The position numbers and the translations under genes were made by a program. A stretch of 64,000 nucleotides of DNA from Lingula anatina (lineage: Eukaryota > Animalia > Brachiopoda): assembly GCA_051362555.1 (NCBI GenBank), contig CM120644.1, positions 20,172,534 through 20,236,533 on the forward strand, written 5' to 3'. The notes under the pieces were generated by a model that did no database searches, was not told the origin of the DNA, and worked only from the letters and a program-made list of their open reading frames with translations. Below, in pieces: positions 50,011-61,573 of this stretch (positions within the stretch are counted from its first letter, which is position 1; each line of letters opens with the position of its first letter).

Positions 50011-50830
50011 AGGCTGGTTTTGTTACATTGAAAACTAAATGGAAAGCTAATATATTGAAAACCTAATGGAAGAGCGCAGTGCTAAATACATTTGCAAAGT
50101 GTCAGCACATGTGTAGGGAGAGTTTACCACTCCTCTAAAATTGTGTTACAACACACACACACACACACACAACACACACACACACACACACACCGAAGGC
50201 CGGTTTTGTTATATTGAAAACCAAATGGAAAGCTAATATGTTGAAAACTTAATGGAAGAGTGCAGTGGCAAATGTATTTACAGTGTGCCGCTTAATTCGC
50301 GGGTTATGTGGTTAGTATGGGTGTTTGAGCTAAAAGATCTGCGGGTAGGGTTAGTTAACGCCTAATCCGTTTATGAGGACTGACAGCTGTTGCTTTTAAA
50401 CGAAGAATGAAGCGATTATTTTTAATATAATGTCTTTGCTAAATCTACTTGTACTTTACTCTTATTGGCCCTTAACTCTCTATCATACCCCTTTTTTCGC
50501 TAATCTATCTGCCACTGTGAAGAAAATTCAAGTGAACGAACTTTGCTCATTAAAAAAAAAAAAAAAAAAAAAAAATGTGCCACGGGCTTCGGTGTCTCAA
50601 CCATGATTGTGACGGACTCAACAAAAATCAGCCAATTGTGTTAGTGAAGACAACGTGAGACGGGGCTGGGTAAAGATGTCGTTAAAGTAATGAAGTAATT
50701 TGTAGTGTCAGCTAAAATTGTGTTACAGTTTGCACGCACACACACACAAACACACACGCACACTGAAGGCTGGTTTTGTTATATTGAAGACTAAACGGAA
50801 AGCTAATATAATAAAAACCTAATGGAAGGG
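49139..50830 (-). repeat. Family-A modular repeat array in reverse orientation
   Basis: Reverse-complement core GTCTCAACCATGATTGTGACGG...GTTAGTGAAGAC at ~49488 and ~50594, with interspersed (CA)n tracts. Confidence 0.85.
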
Positions 50831-51058
50831 TCAAATATGTACATCTGTACATTAAAGGCATACACTCTGTACATACACTTTTATGGGAATTAATAATTAT
50901 AATAATTATGATAATAAATTTCATAGAAATCACAACACATTTTACCCAACCTAAGGTATATCCTTTCAAGAACTGCTGAGAATACCATTGCATTTCTGAA
51001 CGGTGTTTGAGCGTACCGAGTAAAAAATTCAAGCTGTGTCTTCGTCATTGTGCCGTAG

Positions 51059-51306
51059 GTATTGTTGGGCCCTTTCCACCCTTTGGTCACCTTCTTAGCA
51101 AAACCTTGGTCCGACCAGTGAAAACACCCCTTGATTTATCCGAGCGTGTTCCATTACAGCTCATTGGGTACCACAGAGGCGATGTCTAGCCGACGTTGCT
51201 CTCACCGATGCGCTCCTATGTGGACGACCTGTTCAGCGGCTGGGGCGACGAGCCCAAGGCAGAGGGGAGAGGAGACGATCAAGAAAAGAAGATGGAGGAG
51301 ACTTAG
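51059..51306 (+). pseudogene. GC-rich, coding-like orphan exon with one internal stop
   Basis: Acceptor-like TTCGTCATTGTGCCGTAG ends at 51058. One frame reads GIVGPFPPFGHLLSKTLVRP...LIGYHRGDV*PTLLSPMRSYVDDLFSGWGDEPK...EET* (internal TAG at 51187-51189). Family not recognised. Confidence 0.3.
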
Positions 51307-51365
51307 GCGGAAAATGGAGTAAAAGGTGCCACGTTTTAAAGCATAAATTGAGCCACATACACATG

Positions 51366-51505
51366 CTCTCTCTCTCTCTCTCTCTCTCACACACATTCAC
51401 ACACACACACACACACAAACACACACCCTACGGCGATACAAACATGCAAGTACATTGTACACACACATACTCACACACACTAACACACACACACACACAC
51501 ACACA
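51366..51505. repeat. Compound (CT)n/(CA)n microsatellite
   Basis: Read directly from the sequence. Confidence 0.9.
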
Positions 51506-52403
51506 GGCCTATGTAAAAGATAGTTTGTGTAATGAATATCATTGCACAAAATGCGATCAAAAGGCACCATAAAAATTAATGGGTCTCGTGGCGCTGTTTT
51601 AACAGGCTGGCGACTGCGAAAAGGCCGGACACTTGCCATCCCTTGTCCCCACTGCTTCAAAGATGGAGCTTTGACAATTTTGTAAGAGTGGGTCAACATG
51701 ATTCTTCAAGCTATCGAAACCCAATGCAAAGAAAGACTTTATATATACATGTATACCAAATATTCTGAATAATCTCTGCCATCTAAGGACAATCCGACTG
51801 TGGAACATCGTGGCTGTGAGAATACTGTCGGATCAAGACAGGCGTGTACGAGAAGCTTTTTATCGCTTTAGTTTGATAACCGCACATTCATTTGAAACAT
51901 AAACTAAGCATGGTTTCTATATTTTGATGTTGTTTTCATTATCAGTTGTATGTCAATGCATTTACGTCATTCAAATTCTATTAGTTTCTTTAGTAAAATA
52001 TTTGTGTTATCTTAAACCACGTGGCAGGAGGATTAATATCTACACTAGCAGAGCAACAACAACAACAAAAGAAAAAAAATGAAATCCATCAAACTTCTGA
52101 TAAAGTGAATCAGATGTCACGAATAATTTATTTTCAGTATGTATTTAAAAGGCGTGGGTTAAATTCCACAGTCCATAGACATTTCTTTCATTACAATTAA
52201 TTGTATTCGTATAAATAGGCGGCATTCAATAAAAGAATAGGTGCAGTTAATACATGGATGTGCTAAAAGTGATCCAAACAACCAAGACATTGGAAGTTTT
52301 TAGGGATTTTATTCACTGTATGATCATCTACACGTGTGCAAGCGATATTCTGACATGTTTCAAATATCCACTCGTCATGCCATCGGAAGACGCTTAATAT
52401 CAA

Positions 52404-53492
52404 TTAAGCTGGGATGATTATTTGGTTACCGGAAGCGCTTGCTACAATCCCGCGTTCCAAAAGATAGATAACGACAGGTTGAAGGTCGCTTAGACCTTCC
52501 ACTGCTAAAATCCCCGGATTCTGAAAGAAATGTGAGAAACGACAGTGTTAGGTATAGATGACAGGTGGTAGTATTTGTCGAATGGCAGCTACTTGTGATG
52601 CTCCGCCTTCTTGGATTCACTGAATGACACAGTAATTGAATAACAACTGATATGAAATGACACATTAATGTATTCAAATGTATGCGTGTGTGTGTGTTTT
52701 TTTTTTTTTTTTTTTGAAGTAATACCACTCAATTCTTGGATGCATAAAAGTGAAACAAGCTATAAAAATCGACTCTAAGAACATAACTTGATTTAAAAGA
52801 AGACTTATTTAAAGTCAATATTTCAAGATCAAGTACTTATGTGCATGGCATATTAACGTTATAGCTCATGTACCTGGTATTGGATAATGATCACAACCAC
52901 AGAGAAATGATTTTGTATATCAGCTCTAAGTGCGTCCATATCCGGTGTAGAATACACAGTTCTGCCTGTAAGATAAATAACAGTGACAGTGAACCAACAA
53001 TTAGGTGTAGAATACACAGTTCTGCCTGTAAGATAAATAACAGTGACAGTAAACCAACAATTAGGTGTAGAATACACAGTTCTGCCTGTAAGATAAATAA
53101 CAGTTACAGTTAACCAACAATTAGGTGTAGAATACACAGTTCTGCCGGTAAGATAAATAACAGTTACAGTAAACCAACAATTAGGTGTAGAATACACAGT
53201 TCTGCCTGTAAGATAAATAACAGTGACAGTAAACCAACAATTGAAGAATGACTCGTTTATCGATAACCTCCCACTGGTCGTCAAACGATATCCCTTCCAA
53301 TTTAATTTTTCAAGGCATACTACCCGCGTTTAATTTTTTAGCGTTTGTCTGTATATTCTACAAAGCTATTTTTTCTTAAAAAGATATAACCTCTTAAACA
53401 AAAGTACTTGATGTCCAACAAACAGACGAAAAAAATCTCTTACCAAGTGAACAGAAAGCTACCAGGAAAAGTAAGACATACACCGCCTTCAT
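52404..53492 (-). CDS. Small secreted protein of unknown family, ~85 aa
   Basis: Phase-consistent exons 53492-53444, 52965-52874 and 52520-52404 give MKAVYVLLFLVAFCSLGRTVYSTPDMDALRADIQNHFSVVVIIIQYQNPGILAVEGLSDLQPVVIYLLERGIVASASGNQIIIPA*. Acceptors are canonical (TCTTACAG, TCTTACAG, TTTCTTTCAG). A non-coding exon lies at 53839-53814 and AATAAA (minus) at 52313-52308. A donor at 52429 could give a different C-terminus. Confidence 0.72.
52944..53242 (-). repeat. 60-bp tandem repeat (5 copies) containing a splice acceptor and exon start
   Basis: Minus-strand unit TTGGTTTACTGTCACTGTTATTTATCTTACAG|GCAGAACTGTGTATTCTACACCTAATTG. Confidence 0.95.
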
Positions 53493-53835
53493 GTTGGAAT
53501 ATCTGTAAGATAATAATAATAATAATTTTGGACCATTATTTTGGGAAGTAGTAATAATGTTACTAATCCTTTAATACTTATAGTTGTTTTCAGTAGTTCT
53601 TGAAAAAATCACAAGTTAACTTTTAAACTTAACCTGAAGTCAGTTTTGTTAAAAACATCAGAAGACTTCTACCAAGCAGTGTAATTTTTTTGTGTTATAG
53701 TGTGTGGATTCATGTCTGCGTGAATGCGTTATATACATTATGTTATACCTAATACTAAATTGCATTTTCATTTATTTGCTGTATCATCTATTTGATGAGG
53801 AATAAAAAATTACCGTATATAAAAGAGTACACAAA

Positions 53836-53871
53836 GACTGATACTTTAACACAATCGAAACCATTTATATA
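53836..53871 (-). promoter_or_regulatory. TATA box plus initiator core promoter of the small secreted-protein gene
   Basis: TATATAAA at 53871-53864 and Inr TCAGTC at 53841-53836. The +1 A at 53839 is 30 nt from TATAAA. Donor G|GTAATT at 53813. Confidence 0.7.
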
Positions 53872-53881
53872 CATGCAGTAA

Positions 53882-54960
53882 GGCCACACTTTTTTATTTT
53901 TATACCGCGCACCGATTTTCGTCCGTTCTCCAAAAAAAAAAAAAAAAAAAATCCCCCCCCCCCCCCCCACACACACAAACACACACACACAAGGAAGGCG
54001 GTTGTCGCAAACATAGTTATTGAATTTGCCGGAAAATGCAATCGGCAATTCTCGGCTAATTCCGCAAGCTCCATACTGTCATTGACGACTGCGGAGACAT
54101 CCGAGTAGTTCCGAGTGCGGAAAATGAGCTTACTGCGCATGCGTATTATCACCACGTGGAAATATGGCCGTTTTGCCGTCAACTTCATCTCTAGCATTAA
54201 TTTCAAAATACACGACAATTAAAGTCATAAAGAGAACGGGGGCCGTCGTTTTGGATTGGTTTGCCATTGATACTGGACATGAAGATATCACCCTTTTACA
54301 ATTATACGAAAGGCTGGCCGCGGCCAGCGATCATCGCCCGGAAAATTTCAGTGACATTCTGTCCAAAGCAGCACATAGACCCTACCAGGTTTTTTTGTAG
54401 CGAAAAAAGGGTCGACAAGAGCGTCGTGGTATTTGGTGGACTGAAGGTCGGACAGGCCACCCGATAGTTGGCTGCTACGTGTGAGTCGAAGTAGACAAAA
54501 TGGCATCGACCGAAATTACCTTAGTAGTAGGAAGCATAGGCCTATCTTTGCTTCATTTTTTTAACAATTCTATGAAGTGTTTACAATGCTTTAATTTTCT
54601 GAGAGTACAAATAAAGACATTTATTTGATATTTGTTTTATTGATTGCTATACCAACAGAATGCATGAAATAACCTTAAATAGATTTGGTAATATGCAGCA
54701 CATATATTCATGACTTTTTACCTTTCTACGAAGTAGGCCCTATTCACAATGCTTTAATATTTTGGTAGCATGGATAAAGACATGTTGTTAGTTTGATACG
54801 TGTTTCTGTGGTAAATTAGTGTTTCCAGCTGTGTACTGAAAACATAACTTTTCTTAAGCAGTTTTTTTTTTTTTTTTTTGACTTTTTTTTTTTTCGCCCG
54901 CTCGCACCGACTTTGGGGTCCCCAGAGGATGTCATCCATAAAAATAAAAAAAGTGTGGCC
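53882..54960 (+). mobile_element. Non-autonomous PIF/Harbinger-type DNA transposon (1079 bp) with a decayed internal ORF
   Basis: TIRs GGCCACACTTTTTTATTTTTAT and ATAAAAATAAAAAAAGTGTGGCC. TAA target-site duplication at 53879-53881 and 54961-54963. The interior holds a CpG-rich segment and ORF 54164-54400, which is frameshifted at a T-run. Confidence 0.82.
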
Positions 54961-55662
54961 TAACAAGTTTTTTAACCATGGTATTTCTACTATCCAATGC
55001 TGGCGAGAAGGTTACGATCTATAGAGCCAATTACCACTTCTTAAGGTGACGACTTTTTATCTACCTCAATTTGAGGTATGCCTGTGGTACGTATGATGAA
55101 GAGTAAGATCTTGCAATGAAGTAACAACCTAGTCGGAACCTAAACTATAACATCATGATCACAAACTTACCGTCGTTCCTTGTCTCTTTGAAAGTGAACT
55201 GCGCGCTTGGACAGGTGTCACTGACAAAAAAAAACCTAGATGCATGCTTATATGTGGATTGCGTCTCTTGAAGATAAATTATCATGAAAAACTGTAAACC
55301 TCAGACTAATTTTTGCGGCTGTCTGGAGCATCAAGGTGTTATTTATTAGTTACTTGTACCGGGTACCTATTGTAAACTCACAGAACCACTTTCATTAATC
55401 AATAGCTGTAGAAAAATCGACTCACATTTACTAGTCAATATTTCATCTGCTGACAGTCAGACTTCATCAGGGAAGTGAGGGCTGTGATATGTATTACGAC
55501 CCATCACCCCTCAGGTGTGCTGGTTAAGTCAAGTGCCACCCCTTCTTCTGCTGGCACCTCAATGCTGAGGAATACAAGATAGAGTAACATATATTAACTG
55601 TTAATTGACAGAACTATTTTACAATTGCAAAATGCAAAATTATTTCTAAGAAATTCATCGTA

Positions 55663-55846
55663 TTAGCTGGGTCGGTCCAACTCTGAAGGGGATTTTCGCC
55701 AAAGTGCAATCAATGAAATCAGCTTAGTTTTCTGACACGTCTCCTCGAGCAGCTAGCCGGTAATTAACCACAGTGTGTTGATTAAGCTTATCCCACTGAT
55801 TGCACTTTAGCGAGAACTCCTCGCAAAGTTGGACCGACCCAGCTAA
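55663..55846. mobile_element. Tc1/mariner-type MITE
   Basis: TA|TTAGCTGGGTCGGTCCAACT ... AGTTGGACCGACCCAGCTAA|TA: a perfect 20-bp TIR with TA duplication. Confidence 0.85.
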
Positions 55847-58660
55847 TACGGTGTGTGAATCTGAATGCGGCCAGAGCCCTAACTCGCAACCAGGCTCGGG
55901 TCAGGTAGTGCCACTGAATAACGTCACGTACTCCCCTAATACCCAGTTGCTTAGATTCAATTTCTATTTAGGGATTTCTATTTAGTGAATTAAATAATTG
56001 ATAGTTTCAGGTCACTAAATTATTAGTTTATTCATCTCTTACTTAAGAGGCGTTTTTGCCTACAGCTATTTACAAACGTTTAAAATGTTACATGTTAAAT
56101 GTTTATAAAATCAGATAGAAAAAAACTACCAAATGTAGAGATCACGTAGGCCTTAAACAAAATACATATGTCTCTTACCTAAGTCACAAATGAATTTCGA
56201 TTAAATTGTTTTTTCTCCTTGTGAACATACGGATATTATGAGAAGTTTTCAATTCTGCATCTGCTGGGCGTTCCTCTAGCACCCGTGACTCGCCAAATGT
56301 AATTTTTAAGAAAATCGAAAGCTTTTATCAGGAGGTTGTCCATATTAACGAACTTTTACAGGTGTATTATAGAAAGTATTTTAACTAATGCGTTAATTGT
56401 ACTGGTGTGGGCAGGCACATGTAGAGGAAAAACAAACGGAAAAAGTTAATTTCGTCAACAAGTGATATAATTGGGACAGATTTTACTCCTGTTGAATCAA
56501 GTAATTTGAGAGGGTAGCAACTGAAACTGTCTATCATTAGTAACAGTTTCCATTGTGCTCAAAACCATGTAAATTTTGAACAAGCAACTATGAAGGGTAG
56601 TAAACAGTTTTTATAAAGCTTTTATCCTTCAGTCCTATTCTTTAAAAATACAGTTTAAACTTGTTTTTTTTTTATGCAACATTAACGTTTTAATACGCTT
56701 TCAAGGGTCAATTTATTCCCGGTATTATATTTTTAAAATATTTATTGGCTAAATTAAGCTTAATATAATCTTAGCTTGTCCCCCCCCAAGACCATTGTCA
56801 AAACGATTTATGTACGCTCAACCTGTGTAATGATTAACTTGGAAATATTGTATGCTACGCAGAATTTCCCTACTTCTAATGCTTTACTCGTGATCTCCGA
56901 TTTTTGGCATGACAAAATAGCGAACATATGGATCAAAAAAGACCTTCACGTGACTGCTCTTTTGAAAGCATCCAATACTTCAGACTGACAATTTCGTTTT
57001 AGTATCAACTAAAAAGAGTTGTTTAATGTACCCATTGCTTGTTAACGTTTCTGGACAACGACAATGAAAACATTAAAAATTATACATTATTTAACTTTAT
57101 ACATAATACATTAATATAACATTATACATTGCTATGTTTATTATTTCAAATTCCTAATATAACCACAGTCGGGTAAGGAAACCACAGCATTTACATTTTC
57201 TGGAGAGCAATTAAGTGCACCATGTGCACACCTCCGCACAAATTTATGTAACGCATAACCATGAAATTAGGAAAAAAGACTTCTCAGTAGTTCTACATAG
57301 TAGCAGTAGAGAAGTTCTTGAAGGCGTACTTTTAAGAAAAAATGTGTAATTTGGTTAAATAAGGAAAGGCAAATTCTTAATACTAAGAATTAAGAACACA
57401 GAGATATGGGGCTATATTTTTAACATCTTGCTGTACTAAATGAGTCTTTTCTCCCATTTTTTAAACGTACGTATGAACCAAGCATCGATGGAGCGTGTAT
57501 AACCTCAAACAGTAGGCTTTCTGTTACTTTTATTGTAATTATGAAGACGGTACCAGGGAGCGGGATATTTGAGGCGTTTGTACGTGAGACGAGGGACGTG
57601 GCTTCTGTCTCCACAGAGAGCCAATACACTGTTATCACACCAATTATACGACTCAGTGTCTATGACAACAACTGTTGCTGTACAGAGGACAGTCGCATAA
57701 AGAAATACTGTCATTGTAAGGTGACACGAAGACAACTTCGCAGAAAGGTCGCCCCGAAAGATTATTAACAAAATTAAGGAGCGGTTGCATTTAAATCTTA
57801 CACTGTTCACAGATTGTTACGGGTAGAGGTTAGAGAGTCAGGCGACATGAGCCAAATGAAACAAATTGAAAATGTGTTGTTATGTGTTCAGCTCAAGATT
57901 GTCAGCAAAGCGGTCCTGGACCTCCTTTGGATTACACTTTTTAACATTTAAAAATTATGCACACTGGAGTATCTCATCATTCGGACAGAAAACTTCAAAT
58001 ATCAGGACTGAAGGAGACAGGGGTTATTCCGCATTTGAACTCGCAGATTTATCATTCTGTTTTTATTTTCTCAATGAATTTGCATCAGGTATGTCTATGG
58101 TATTAATGAGAAATCTGGTAACATTTCAGGGAATTTCTTAAAAATATGGTAGAATTTCCCTGAAATTTTAATTTTAAGGTGTCTATGTCGCCGAGAACCA
58201 TTTAGCAAATCATAGGCAATACATTTTAAAATTGGTGGTCAGTCTATAAATTTATTATTTTAAAAATTGGTGGTCAGTCTATAAAATGTATTATTTTCAT
58301 TCATTAAAAGAAGAAAATATACGGACGAGCCAAATTTTAAAGAATAGTTACATAAAATCAAAATGGACATACAAAGTAGTACAGTAAAAAATGAAAGATA
58401 AAGGTAACATACAACTTTACAACCTAGCATCCCCTCCGGCGTGCATATTTGGTGATTTCTTTCACAACCTCATTCCATGATGAAGTCTGACTGCAAGCAG
58501 ACGATATTCGGTGGTAAGACCAGACAAATATATGTAGTTATAGACAAAAGAATCTTCACAAGTCTGTTAAAAGTATATTTTGAAGGCATTTTCAAGCCTT
58601 CCGTAATTTCCTTAAAGCTTAGGTATGTATGAGGGAAACATATACTGTCAATAATACGAT

Positions 58661-58720
58661 AGCGGTGGCCTAGTGCCAAACGTCGTTGATCGCCAACCAC
58701 GGTGGAATGAGTTTGATTCC
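58661..58720 (+). mobile_element. Possible decayed tRNA-derived SINE head
   Basis: A-box-like GGTGGCCTAGTG and B-box-like GAGTTTGATTCC at tRNA-like spacing. No intact cloverleaf. Confidence 0.3.
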
Positions 58721-58924
58721 AAGTAAGTCACTTTTCTTTCTTGTATTTTTTAAATTTTATCGTTATAGATATAGATTAACATAAAATGATTGTTGATAAT
58801 TTTTTTAAGCACCAGTAAGCAGGGTATAGAGGTTGGTTTATATTTTTTATTGTTAAAGCTTGGACATGTCAACGTTGAAGTTCAACATTGTTTCAACATT
58901 GGAACAGCATAATTTGCCCGCTGG

Positions 58925-59052
58925 GTGCGGTACTCGCTGTCCATCTTCGGGCAGCAGGTAGCATTGAATGTCATGCTTCTTCCAAGAGTCAGCACACGTA
59001 GGCCTTTTAGAAGAGTTTACAACTCTGCTAAAATTGTGTTACAGCTTGCATG

Positions 59053-59094
<42 letters not shown>

Positions 59095-61542
59095 GAAGGC
59101 TGAGATTGTTATCTTGAAAACTATATGGAAAAGCAATGGTCTTTGTGGTTAGTTCATTCGTGTATCCAAAAGCTCCAGCTTGTAAATGAAGAATTTTTTC
59201 GATTTTTATTAATGCCCGGCTTAATCTACTCTTATTTGCCTTGAACTCTTTTTCATTCACCTCTCTTGTTTATTTATTCATTTATTTTATATATTTATTT
59301 CTTAATTACTTATCTATTTGCCACTGTGAAAATTTTTCAGGTACAATCTCTGTTCATATGGGAAATGTACCACAGGCTGTTATGTTTTGATTTTGATGCT
59401 GTCTCAACCATGATTGTGACGGACTCCACAGAAATCACACAATTGTGTTAGTGAAGACAGAGCTTGAGACGGGGCTGGGATATAGATGCTCTTAAAGTAA
59501 AGAAGTAATGGGTAGTGCTGGCAAGCTATTTTAGTTTAAGAGTTAATGTCGTGAATCTAACACAGGGTAAAGGCCTCTCATATACGATAAATGATTCGCA
59601 ACCCTCTCTTTCAAGACTAGTTGCGCGGGTGATTTTTAAATTAAAATATTAAAATATTAAAATACAAACTATGCACATATCCTGGCATAAGGGCACAACT
59701 GCTTAATTCTCCACCTTCAAAATTTGCGCTCACGTACTTGTCACAATAATGATAAAGGCCTCCAACAAGCTGTACACGGATACAAGCCGTGCTCACTGCG
59801 GTACAAGCTGTCCATCCTATAGGGCAGGTCGCGTTGAATGCCATGCTTTTTCCTCGAGAATCGGGACCACCTTTCGAGTTTTTTCCCTTCCGTCCTAGGT
59901 GTTGTTATTTGTTATGTTGTTATTTGTCTTTTTTATCTTTTTTAAATTGGTTAGATTTTCTCTATAATGTGTCCATGTGAAGCGATGAAGCGATGAAGCG
60001 TATCCTTGCGTATATTATTACCACTATTTTTTTACGTTGTTCCCAGTGGTAATAAATGTATATACAATTGATCAACACAAGTCCAGAGTCCGGTTAAATA
60101 TGGTGCTTTATTATTTCCTGTAAAATGATTTCTTTACACATGTATTCTGGAAGGATCTAGAACACGGTGATAAGGCAAAACTGTGTATTTCTCTGATTTA
60201 ACCTGTCTTCTGTGCTTCTTGAATAGATGTGAGAAAGAGGATGTATCTCTACTGATGTTACTGCTATTACTGTTCAGTGGCTAGTAGGAATAGTGCGCAC
60301 AAAGACTTCCGACCAAAGATACATAACATTTTACTGAAACTTTACAACTGAAACTTTACAACTGAGGTCATATTTTCCATACAATGTGTGTACGCCACGA
60401 AACGGTCAAAATACAGAAATAAGAATCAAGTTGGCCATATGCAACGCCAGCGCCAAGCTAGAACACGTGCACCGCTCTGTACCCGTTCAATGCCCCTTGC
60501 AGTAAAATCGTTGGGACTGCATACAAACAATGCGAATGCTCATTCCATGGCAATAAATAAAAAGCAAAATACATTACAAAAAATATTTCTCTGAGATATT
60601 TGTAGGATGTATGAGAAAATTAAATTAAGAAAATTAAATTTCGCTCTGATACTGACGTTCTTAGAGGAATGAAGTAATAAGCCACGGGCAGTGATGACAT
60701 GTTATTTAAACTTAAAATTAAAGGTCGTCACTTGTTCTGCACGGTAGATAAAATAAAGAAAGTGTTACGATGGACTCAAACACACTGTAACTTTACCTGG
60801 GTCGTGGATTGGTCGGTGATTGGCCCGGAAAGGGGGGGGGGGGGTGGCAAAGTGTCACCAGATGTGTCAGGAGAGTTTACGATTCAGCTACAAATTGTGT
60901 TACAACACTGAAGGCTGGTTTGTTATAATGAAAACCCAATGGAAAACTAAATTGTTGAAAACTTAATGGGAGAACGCAGTGGTAAATACATTGTATTTTA
61001 AGGTGCGGGTTATGTGGTTAATATGGGTGTTAGAGCTAAAAGATCTGCGGGTAGGGTTAGTTAACGTCTGATCCGTTTTTATGGCCTGGTACCTGCTTTT
61101 AAATGCAGTGATTCTTTCGATTTTTTGAACATCTTTGCTAAATCTACTCGTACATTACTCTTATTGACCTTACTCTTTTTATCATCCCCATTTTTCGCTT
61201 ATTTATCTGCAACTGTGCAGAAATTTTAAGTGAACAAACTTTGTTCATAAGAAAAATGTGCCATAGGCTTAGGTGCCTCGTTTATGATGCAGTCTCAACC
61301 ATGATTGTGACGGACTCCATAAAAATCACCCAATTGTGTTAGTGAAGACAACCTGAGACGGGGCTGGGGTAATAAAGAAGTTCTTCAAGTAATATTTCAT
61401 ATTTCATGGGTAGTGTTGGAAAGCTATTTTAGTGTAAGAGTTAGTGTCGTGAATCTAACATATACTACACGGTATATGAAAAGAAAACCTGATGAAAGCA
61501 GTCGGCGACAAAATAACCAGTGTTATGAGGAGAGTGTATGGT

Positions 61543-61573
<31 letters not shown>

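Noticed and set aside
52404-52965. MRPL49/SUI1-like identity for the small protein
   Set aside because: Only a loose pattern resemblance. A clear signal-peptide exon and the absence of the rest of those proteins argue against it.
52859-53284. 141-aa single-exon repeat protein
   Set aside because: Better explained as tandemly duplicated intron/exon boundaries of the spliced gene.
58661-58730. Functional tRNA gene
   Set aside because: Only A/B-box-like motifs are present, and the stems do not pair into a cloverleaf.
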